From a bacterium (GTDB taxonomy: Bacteria > Patescibacteriota > Minisyncoccia > Phycocordibacterales > UBA12088): a stretch of 64,000 nt of DNA. The notes beneath the pieces were generated by a model that saw nothing but the letters and a program-made list of their open reading frames with translations, was not told where the DNA came from and did not search any database. This document shows, piece by piece, positions 1 through 7,642 of the stretch. How positions within the stretch are numbered: the stretch's first letter is position 1; every line of letters starts with the position of its first letter. The DNA lies in assembly GCA_003252295.1 (NCBI GenBank), contig QKEV01000003.1, positions 701 through 64,700 of the forward strand, written 5' to 3'. The position numbers and the translations under genes are program-made.

Positions 1-3000
1 ACAAATGACACCCTCGAATTCATCAAGTGTAATGATGACTCCTGTTCGGATACTATCCAGCGTACGCTTGATGATGGTGGTGGAACAGACGTTGTTGGTG
101 GATACACCTCCATTGCCATCGGCACTGATGGCTTCCCGGTTGTGAGCTATCACGATAACACAAACGGCACTTTTGAATTCATCAAGTGTAACGACGTTTC
201 CTGTTCCGATGTTACCCAACGTACATTACATAGTACCGGAGGTGGGGGAGATGTTGGTGAGCACACCTCCATCACCACAGGTGTCGATGGTTTCCCGGTC
301 ATGATTTACCTTGATGTTAAAAATTATGAACTCGAGTTCATAAAGTGTAACGATGCTTCTTGTTCTGATGCTATACAACGTACGCTTGATGTTCCATATA
401 ATGTTAATTTGTACTATACCTCTATTGCCATCGGCACTGATGGCTTCCCAGTCATGAGTTACAGTAGCAATACAAGCCACTCCCTTGAATTTTTCAAATG
501 CAACTCCCTCGACTGTGCTCCAACAGGTTCATCGACCGCTCAACTCATAAACGACAACTCTGACCTCGACTACTACCTTGATAATGATGAGTACTCTGCC
601 ATAGCTTCGGATGATAGTACCTACGATGTACTCCGTGCAGGTACGAGTACCATGGGAGCAGTTGTGGCAAACAGCATCAACACGAACAGTACTGATCAGA
701 TACGGGTGACCTGGGATGGGCAGATAAGCGTTGCAACCACAACGAGCATACAGCTGTACAACTACAACAGTGACGGATGGGAAACACTCGATTCAAGTAC
801 GAGTCCTGCACCAGACACCGACTTTACCCTACAAGCAGTGCAGAGTACTTCTGTTGCTGACTACTACGATGTCTCTGATACGGTGACCGCACGTGTGATC
901 ATTGGTACCACCACGGACTACACCGAACTTAGTACCGACCAGCTCCTCATTGAAATGTCAGATGCATTCGTACGTGCCACCACTACCCAACGTGCCTACA
1001 TGTTCTACAACGACAACAACGGTGGTGTAGGGAGCAGTACTGTTCGGAGTGGAGCAAGTACGAGTACCGCCATCACAGGCGTCAAGAAAGGAGAACGTAT
1101 GGTGGTACGTCTCCAACTCGATACTGATGGGAATGATACCACTGCAGGTACGAGCACCCACACGTACCGCCTCCAATGGGAGAACTACACCGACGCACTG
1201 GGAACATGGAACGATCTCTCGACCACTACCGACATAGCATGGTCACTCTCGTATGACGGTGCACGATGGGGAAGAGGAGGACCGATACCACTTGCAACGA
1301 GTACCGGCTCCATAGACACCTGTAGCGGTAGTGCAACGTACGAAGGAGGACAGTTTGTGGCAGGCTTTGCTACAACAACCGCAGTAGCATTCCTCCCTGA
1401 TCAATGTAAAGACCTCGCCTACGCCATACACACCGGCAACGCTAAGCTCGGCAAGCAGTACCGACTCCGTGTCATTAACGGTGACGACTCAGAAGACCTT
1501 GCAACTGCAGGAGGAGCGTACAGTACCTACCCAACCTTCACGATCGAGAGTGCGACGAGTACACGGTACAGTAAGATGAGTAAGGGTGGGGAAGTGGCTA
1601 CTGTTCTTGATGATGGTGGGGAGGTGAATGATGTTGGTAAGCACGCCTCCATTGCCATTGGCACTGATGGTTTTCCGGTTATAACCTACCATGACAATAC
1701 TGACTATGATCTGGAATTTATCAAATGTAACGACCTTTCCTGCTCCGATACCACACAGCGCACGCTTGATGATGGTGGGGGTGTGAATGATGTTGGTGTG
1801 GCCACCTCTATTACTATTGGCACTGATGGTTTTCCGGTTATAACCTACCATGACAATACTGACCATGATCTGGAATTCATCAAGTGTAATGACGTTTCCT
1901 GCTCCGACACGACTCAGCGTACGCTTGATAGTGATAATTTATCTGGCCTGTACAACTCCATTGTCATCGGTACTGATGGATTCCCAGTGGTAAGCTATTT
2001 TGATGGACTCCTCAGCTTCATCAAATGTAACGACCTTTCCTGCTCCGATACCACCCAGCGTATCATTGATAATGGTGGTATGGTGAATACTGTTGGTGTG
2101 ACCACCTCTATTACTATCGGCACTGATGGTTTTCCGGTTATAACCTATTATGACGATACTGACTATGATCTGGAATTTATCAAGTGTAACGACGTTTTCT
2201 GCTCCGACACGACTCAGCGTACGCTTGATGATGGTGGTGGACAAATGGTTGGTTCCGCAACCTCCATTGCTATCGGCACTGATGGTTTTCCGGTTATAAC
2301 CTACCATAACAATACTGACTATGATCTGGAATTTATCAAGTGTAACGACGTTTCCTGCTCCGACACGACTCAGCGTACGCTTGATGATGGTGGTTACGCC
2401 ACCTCCATCACCATCGGCACTGACGGTTTTCTTGTGGTCAGTTACTATAATGATGCAACTGACCATGGTCTTGAATTCATCAAGTGTAATGACGTTTCCT
2501 GCTCCGACACGACTCAGCGTACGCTTGATAGTGATAATTTATCTGGCCTGTACAACTCCATTGTCATCGGTACTGATGGATTCCCAGTTATAAGTTACTA
2601 TAATGACACTGACAATAATCTTAATTTACTCAAATGCAACTCCCTCGACTGTGCCCCAACCGGTTCCTCGACCGCTCAACTCATAAACGACAACTCTGAC
2701 CTCGACTACTACCTCGACAACGACGAGTACAGTGCAGTAGGGAGTGACGATAGCACCTACGATGTAGTACGAGCAGGCACGAGTACCCTCGGAGCATTCG
2801 TCTTCAAGAAAAAGCACACGAACAGTACGGATAACATAGAAGCTACCTGGGACGGGCAGGTGAGTGACTCAGCTACCACCTCACTACAGATATACAACTA
2901 CACTTCAGAGAGTTGGGAGACACTTGAGTCAAGCTCTACGCCGGTAACCGATACCGACTTTACCCTAAACGGCACACAGTCCACTTCACTTGCTGACTAC

Positions 3001-3636
3001 TATGACCCGAGCAATGTCGCTACGCTACGCGTGCTCGTTGGTACCACCACCAACTACACCGAGCTCAGCAGTGACCTCGTGAGTGTCGTCTTTACCTCAG
3101 GATCATCCTTCACCTTTGCAACTGACATTTCCGGTTTCGGTGATATCAATGAAGGGGAGTACCGTGTTGCAACAGCAACGATCTCCATTAGTACTGAAAA
3201 CGAAGCAGGTTACAACGTGTCACTCATTTCTAATGATCGTACCATTACTGATACGTCTATGGACCTCACCACTGATGCTTCTGTAGGTATCATTGACCGT
3301 TTCGAGTGGTTGTCAGGAGCAGCAACAACCAGTGCGGGGAATGCCGTAAACATCGTACCTGGTAATGAGTTCTTGGCATTCCGTGTTATGACCGCAAGTG
3401 GCTCAGTGCCGTTTCTTGCACCAGACTGGTGGGGTACCGACGACACACTCTTCTCCATAAACAACCTCTGGGCAGGTATCGCGAGCTCAAGTGCTGGAAA
3501 CATTCAGATAGGGAACAGTAGTGTCGCTGCACCTTCCACAGAGTATGGCACCGTACAGTTCTACCTCGATGTACCATCGACACAGAAGACAGGATCGTAT
3601 ACTGGTGACATTACCTTTACGGTTATTGCGAATTAG
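1..3636 (+). CDS. giant tandem-repeat cell-surface protein (5' end lies upstream of window)
   Basis: Frame 1 is open from nt 1 and nt 1-141 already encode a repeat unit. At least ten 46-54 aa repeats share the consensus DGG..DVG..TSI.IGTDGFPVI.Y.DNTD.DLEFIKCND.SCSDTTQRTLD. Two copies of a ~160-aa module (nt 481-960 and 2617-3090) are present. The C-terminal ~170 aa is shared with the next ORF. Antisense ORFs in the track are repeat shadows. Confidence 0.75.
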   Translation, partial: TNDTLEFIKCNDDSCSDTIQRTLDDGGGTDVVGGYTSIAIGTDGFPVVSYHDNTNGTFEFIKCNDVSCSDVTQRTLHSTGGGGDVGEHTSITTGVDGFPVMIYLDVKNYELEFIKCNDASCSDAIQRTLDVPYNVNLYYTSIAIGTDGFPVMSYSSNTSHSLEFFKCNSLDCAPTGSSTAQLINDNSDLDYYLDNDEYSAIASDDSTYDVLRAGTSTMGAVVANSINTNSTDQIRVTWDGQISVATTTSIQLYNYNSDGWETLDSSTSPAPDTDFTLQAVQSTSVADYYDVSDTVTARVIIGTTTDYTELSTDQLLIEMSDAFVRATTTQRAYMFYNDNNGGVGSSTVRSGASTSTAITGVKKGERMVVRLQLDTDGNDTTAGTSTHTYRLQWENYTDALGTWNDLSTTTDIAWSLSYDGARWGRGGPIPLATSTGSIDTCSGSATYEGGQFVAGFATTTAVAFLPDQCKDLAYAIHTGNAKLGKQYRLRVINGDDSEDLATAGGAYSTYPTFTIESATSTRYSKMSKGGEVATVLDDGGEVNDVGKHASIAIGTDGFPVITYHDNTDYDLEFIKCNDLSCSDTTQRTLDDGGGVNDVGVATSITIGTDGFPVITYHDNTDHDLEFIKCNDVSCSDTTQRTLDSDNLSGLYNSIVIGTDGFPVVSYFDGLLSFIKCNDLSCSDTTQRIIDNGGMVNTVGVTTSITIGTDGFPVITYYDDTDYDLEFIKCNDVFCSDTTQRTLDDGGGQMVGSATSIAIGTDGFPVITYHNNTDYDLEFIKCNDVSCSDTTQRTLDDGGYATSITIGTDGFLVVSYYNDATDHGLEFIKCNDVSCSDTTQRTLDSDNLSGLYNSIVIGTDGFPVISYYNDTDNNLNLLKCNSLDCAPTGSSTAQLINDNSDLDYYLDNDEYSAVGSDDSTYDVVRAGTSTLGAFVFKKKHTNSTDNIEATWDGQVSDSATTSLQIYNYTSESWETLESSSTPVTDTDFTLNGTQSTSLADYYDPSNVATLRVLVGTTTNYTELSSDLVSVVFTSGSSFTFATDISGFGDINEGEYRVATATISISTENEAGYNVSLISNDRTITDTSMDLTTDASVGIIDRFEWLSGAATTSAGNAVNIVPGNEFLAFRVMTASGSVPFLAPDWWGTDDTLFSINNLWAGIASSSAGNIQIGNSSVAAPSTEYGTVQFYLDVPSTQKTGSYTGDITFTVIAN

Positions 3637-3788
3637 TGAGTAATCACATTTACTAAGCAATACAAAGGTAGTTTAGTAAATATTTATCAACAGGTGTGAT
3701 AAAAAAGTGTTCAGGTGCGTGGTATATTTAACCCAATACAAGGAGTATGCACTATCCCTTGCCATATTTAGTTTTTTAAAAAATAATC

Positions 3789-4484
3789 ATGCAGACACAA
3801 ATAATAAAATTCTCCAAGTTGCTTGAAAATGAAGTACAACTTGCAGGAGTATCTTTTTTGATTGCTTCTCTTATATTTGTCATGTCTTTTAGTTTTATTG
3901 CTTTTGGACAAGACTCATCAGGAGAAACACTTACCGTAACTGTACTAGAAGCTATGACCTTCACAACAGATGTGAGTGGTTTTGGTGATCTTACTCCAGG
4001 TACACCAAAATATGCAACCACGACAACTAATGTAGTTACAAATTCTGGTTCTGGTTTCAATCTTACATTATCAGGTGATGATCAGGGTACTACTGATACG
4101 GTAATGGATCTTACCACTGATGATACTGTTGGTATCACTGACCAGGAAGAGTGGGTTGCTGGAGCAGCAACAACTACAGCAGGAAATGCAGTGCTTGTTG
4201 GAGCACTTGATAACTCAGGAGATGTGCTTGCGTTTCGTATGATGACCGCATCCGGTACGGCAGAGGTCATTTCTACTAGCTGGTGGGGTGCTGATGATAC
4301 AGCTGGTAATGCACTCTGGGCAGGTATTGCTAGCTCAACGGTTGAAAGACAAATAGGAAACAGCTCTGTGTACTCATCTTCTGCAGCGGTAAACACTGTT
4401 CAGTACTACCTCGATGTACCAGCTTCACAGCAAACTGGTTCATACGATGGTGGTGTTACGTACACGGCAACAGCAAATATATAG
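3789..4484 (+). CDS. small secreted protein sharing the C-terminal domain of the giant repeat protein
   Basis: N-terminal hydrophobic signal/anchor (VSFLIASLIFVMSFSFIAFG). Residues ~55-231 align with the last ~175 aa of ORF 1..3636, sharing DVSGFGD, MDLTTD, AGAATT.AGNAV, LAFRMMTASG, WWG.DD, LWAGIASS, QIGNSSV and QYYLDVP..Q.TGSY. Confidence 0.7.
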   Translation: MQTQIIKFSKLLENEVQLAGVSFLIASLIFVMSFSFIAFGQDSSGETLTVTVLEAMTFTTDVSGFGDLTPGTPKYATTTTNVVTNSGSGFNLTLSGDDQGTTDTVMDLTTDDTVGITDQEEWVAGAATTTAGNAVLVGALDNSGDVLAFRMMTASGTAEVISTSWWGADDTAGNALWAGIASSTVERQIGNSSVYSSSAAVNTVQYYLDVPASQQTGSYDGGVTYTATANI

Positions 4485-4592
4485 AAATTCTGAACTGTTT
4501 TTGCCACAGTAGTGCTATTTTGACTATATCGACGCTGCTGTGTTGTCGTGCTACGATTTAAGCAATAACGGGTTAGTTGTACTGAGTGGCTA

Positions 4593-5555
4593 TTGAAAAA
4601 AATGGATCAATCACGCATAACATTATTGAAAGCATTGAAACAAAAACTGCAAACCCTGTTTGCAGTTTTTGCGTGCCTCATGCTCGCTGGTTCATTTGCA
4701 ACACCAGTGCATGCTGCAGTTGGTGTAAAAATACAGCCAATCAAGGTTTCGACAACAATAGATAAGGGGGCAGAATCTGTTGGATACATCACACTTACTA
4801 ACGAGAGTGATCAGCCGGAGGGTATCATAGTTGAAACTGCGGTTGAGGACTTTGTTCCACTTGAGGGTGGTTCAAATATTAACTTTGTCTCTAGAACTGA
4901 GGGACTTACCACAGCTGCTGATTGGATAACCCTTGATGTTCCTGAAACATTTGAACTTGCTCCCGGAGAACAGAAAAAGGTAAAGTACACCATACGTGCT
5001 CCGGAAGATGCAGAGCCAGGAAGTCACTTTAGTGTCGTGTTCTTTAAGGCATTAAAGAAGGATGATGAAGGGCAATTGAAGGTGGGAACACGAGTTGGTT
5101 CACTATTCTTTATTACGGTACCAGGAAACTATGAGCAGAAGGGTGAGATAGAAAGCTTTACTGCACCAGAATTTATACAGCGAGGTCCAGTTCCATTCAC
5201 CATACATTTCAAAAATACCGGTACCGTGCACTTTGAACCAAAAGGTACCATTGTGATAAAGAATATGTTTGGTAAGCAGGTTGCTGAGGTCCCTGTTGAG
5301 GGGCAGGTAGTGCTTCCTACCGGAGCCCGAGATCTTAATGCACAATGGAGTCCTTCAGGACTCATTGCAGGGAAGTATACAGCATCACTCTCTATAACTG
5401 ATGGTGCTGGTGAGGTGCTTACCGCACAGGATGTCACCTTTATTGCCTTTCCTATTTGGTATGCGGTTATCTTCTTCCTGATCTTTATCTTTATCTACTT
5501 GTTGCTTCGCTTCTTCCGAAAGCATGTGAACATTTCTATCTCGGTTGGTAAGTAA
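4593..5555 (+). CDS. secreted beta-rich protein with C-terminal TM anchor (DUF916/CscA-like architecture, tentative)
   Basis: Signal peptide ending AVHA, a ~260-aa ectodomain and a C-terminal TM (FPIWYAVIFFLIFIFIYLLL) with a basic tail. The architecture resembles WxL-interacting DUF916 proteins. The family assignment is by pattern only. Confidence 0.55.
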   Translation: MKKMDQSRITLLKALKQKLQTLFAVFACLMLAGSFATPVHAAVGVKIQPIKVSTTIDKGAESVGYITLTNESDQPEGIIVETAVEDFVPLEGGSNINFVSRTEGLTTAADWITLDVPETFELAPGEQKKVKYTIRAPEDAEPGSHFSVVFFKALKKDDEGQLKVGTRVGSLFFITVPGNYEQKGEIESFTAPEFIQRGPVPFTIHFKNTGTVHFEPKGTIVIKNMFGKQVAEVPVEGQVVLPTGARDLNAQWSPSGLIAGKYTASLSITDGAGEVLTAQDVTFIAFPIWYAVIFFLIFIFIYLLLRFFRKHVNISISVGK

Positions 5556-5568
5556 TCAGTAAAACACT

Positions 5569-6696
5569 GTGTCTGATAACACACGAACAGTTTCAAAATG
5601 GAAGTTTTTTCCAGCATTTTTGTTGGTCATGTGCTGTTGGTTCTACACTGTGCATGCTCAGACGTTGCAGGAAAGTTCTGATGAGATGCTCATCGTAACC
5701 ATACTGGGAGACACGGCATGTAGTGATGGGGTAGATAATGATGGTGACACTTTCATTGATTTTCCGAATGACCCAGGGTGTGGTTCATATACTGATGACG
5801 ATGAGAATGATGCTCCGATACCACAGTGTAGTGATGGGATAGATAATGATTCTGATGGTCTTATTGATTACCCAAATGATACTGGGTGTGATGATGCAAA
5901 TGATGATAATGAGTATGTGTACTCACCCCCACCTTCAGGGGGAAGTGGTGGAAGCGGGGGGAGTTCCCCAGACAAGACTGCAGTGCGGTTTAGAGGATTA
6001 ACATTTCCTGAAGCGGAGCTCTCTCTTTTGAAGAGTGGTCAGGTGATTGAGACTGATACAGCAAACTCGCTTGGTGAGTTTGATTTGCGCTTAAGTGACC
6101 TTGCTGAAGGGCAGTACAACTTTGTGATTTTTGGTATAGATTCTGAGGAATTGCGCTCTGAAACGAGCGCATTCAATGTTTCTATTGAGGAAGATGTAAC
6201 CACGTCTGTGACTGGTATTTACATGCCACCAACCATACGCCTTGATAAAATACAGGTTAAAAATGGAAACATACTTACCGTTGATGGATACGCTATGCCA
6301 TATGCTGAAGTCTATCTATATGTTGATGGGGATATAGACACGGTTGGTGTTGCAACATCGAGTGCTGCTGGAAAATGGCTGTATGAGTTAAATACTGGCA
6401 GTATTGGATATGGTGACCATACAATACGTGCACAAGCTGTGAAAGGTTCGTTTGAAAGCATGCTTTCAAATTCACTCTCATTCAAGATTGGTCTGAGTGA
6501 TATATTCCAAACGGTAACAGATTCATGTGGATCAGTTGCTGACGTAAACTATGACTGCCGAGTAAACTTGATAGATTTTTCTATTGTGGCTTTTTGGTAC
6601 AAGAAGGATGGTGCGCCATCAAATGTTGATATCAATAATGACGGGGTGGTGGATATAAAGGACTTTAGTATTATGGCGTATCATTGGACGGGGTAA
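5569..6696 (+). CDS. secreted protein with Cys-framed Asp-rich Ca-binding-like repeats and C-terminal dockerin type I domain
   Basis: Signal peptide present. Two copies of CSDG.DND.D..ID.PNDPGC. A Gly/Ser linker and an Ig-like middle region follow. The C-terminus carries a duplicated dockerin motif: DVNYDCRVNLIDFSIV and DINNDGVVDIKDFSIM, matching D.N.DG.V...D...I. Confidence 0.7.
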   Translation: MSDNTRTVSKWKFFPAFLLVMCCWFYTVHAQTLQESSDEMLIVTILGDTACSDGVDNDGDTFIDFPNDPGCGSYTDDDENDAPIPQCSDGIDNDSDGLIDYPNDTGCDDANDDNEYVYSPPPSGGSGGSGGSSPDKTAVRFRGLTFPEAELSLLKSGQVIETDTANSLGEFDLRLSDLAEGQYNFVIFGIDSEELRSETSAFNVSIEEDVTTSVTGIYMPPTIRLDKIQVKNGNILTVDGYAMPYAEVYLYVDGDIDTVGVATSSAAGKWLYELNTGSIGYGDHTIRAQAVKGSFESMLSNSLSFKIGLSDIFQTVTDSCGSVADVNYDCRVNLIDFSIVAFWYKKDGAPSNVDINNDGVVDIKDFSIMAYHWTG

Positions 6697-6706
6697 TAGG
6701 ATTTGT

Positions 6707-7621
6707 ATGTATAGAGTTCTATTTTTACAACTAGCTATCATCCATACATTACTGTTTTGTATATGCACGACTCCGCTCTATGCAGCTACGTACTACTTTG
6801 ATCCAGTGCATAATGAGGTAGGTGAAGGACAGGTCAATGAGGTTGCTGTACTCGTGAATACAAATGGTGAATATATTAATGCGTTTGAGGGTGCGGTAGT
6901 GATTCCTGATACTGTTTCAGTGGTAGATGTGAAGACAAATGACTCTGTTGTTGACCTTTGGCTCAGTGCCCCGGCGTTAACTGACGGTCGTATTACATTT
7001 TCCGGTATCGTACCGGGTGGTTTTGATGGTATTCGTTCAGCGTATGGTGATGAACGCAAATCTGGCATTTTGTTGCGTATTGTATACAAGGGTGAACATG
7101 TTGGATCTGAATCATTTATGTTTGAAGACATGAAAGCATACCTGCATGATGGTAAAGCAACTGAAGCTGAAGTTGACCTTGTCCCTGCTGTAGTTGATGT
7201 GGTGAGAGGGGGAATAAAAAGAGAAGAAACAGAAAAAAAAGATACCGTAAAACCTGAAGTATTTGAGCCATATATTGTCCAAGACAATGCACTTGCCGAT
7301 AGTGCTTACGTTGTTGTATTCCACACAAGCGATAGAGGTAGTGGTGTTGCTTACTATGAGGTGTCCGAGACTTCAACAGGAGAGAAAAAGTGGGTACGTG
7401 CAAATTCACCATTTGTACTCAAGTATCAAACTTGCTCAAATGATGTGTACGTGAAGGCCGTTGACTATGCAGGCAATGAACGTGTTGTACAAGCGGTTTG
7501 TGGGGAGGATGGTAGAATCGTTCAAGCATTTTCAGTACTGCCAAAATGGTTCTGGTATGTAGCAGCTCTACTATTTGTTTTGCTACTATTTGTGTATATT
7601 CGTCGTTCTCGTACTGGCTAG
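6707..7621 (+). CDS. membrane-anchored cohesin-like domain protein
   Basis: Signal peptide. The N-terminal domain (VNEVAVLVNTNGEYINAFEGAVVIPDTVSVVDV...ITFSGIV) resembles a cohesin fold and is paralogous to the N-terminal domain of the next ORF. A Y_Y_Y/Ig-like module (VYVKAVDYAGNE) and a C-terminal TM (WFWYVAALLFVLLLFVYI) follow. Confidence 0.55.
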   Translation: MYRVLFLQLAIIHTLLFCICTTPLYAATYYFDPVHNEVGEGQVNEVAVLVNTNGEYINAFEGAVVIPDTVSVVDVKTNDSVVDLWLSAPALTDGRITFSGIVPGGFDGIRSAYGDERKSGILLRIVYKGEHVGSESFMFEDMKAYLHDGKATEAEVDLVPAVVDVVRGGIKREETEKKDTVKPEVFEPYIVQDNALADSAYVVVFHTSDRGSGVAYYEVSETSTGEKKWVRANSPFVLKYQTCSNDVYVKAVDYAGNERVVQAVCGEDGRIVQAFSVLPKWFWYVAALLFVLLLFVYIRRSRTG

Positions 7622-7642
7622 TTAGGGTACACTGTAAGTACT

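Noticed and set aside
226-2817. Multiple antisense and off-frame ORFs inside the giant repeat gene (e.g. 226-480-, 1489-1866-, 1939-2466-, 2321-2593+, 2626-2817-)
   Set aside because: They are shadow ORFs created by the periodic repeat. Their translations mirror the repeat period and lack starts with RBS. The frame-1 ORF carries the coherent protein.
3100-4484. Calling the shared C-terminal domain a bona fide WxL domain
   Set aside because: No literal W-x-L motifs are present, only EWL/EWV, WWG and LWAG. Only the architecture and gene-order analogy hold, so it is reported as a hypothesis.
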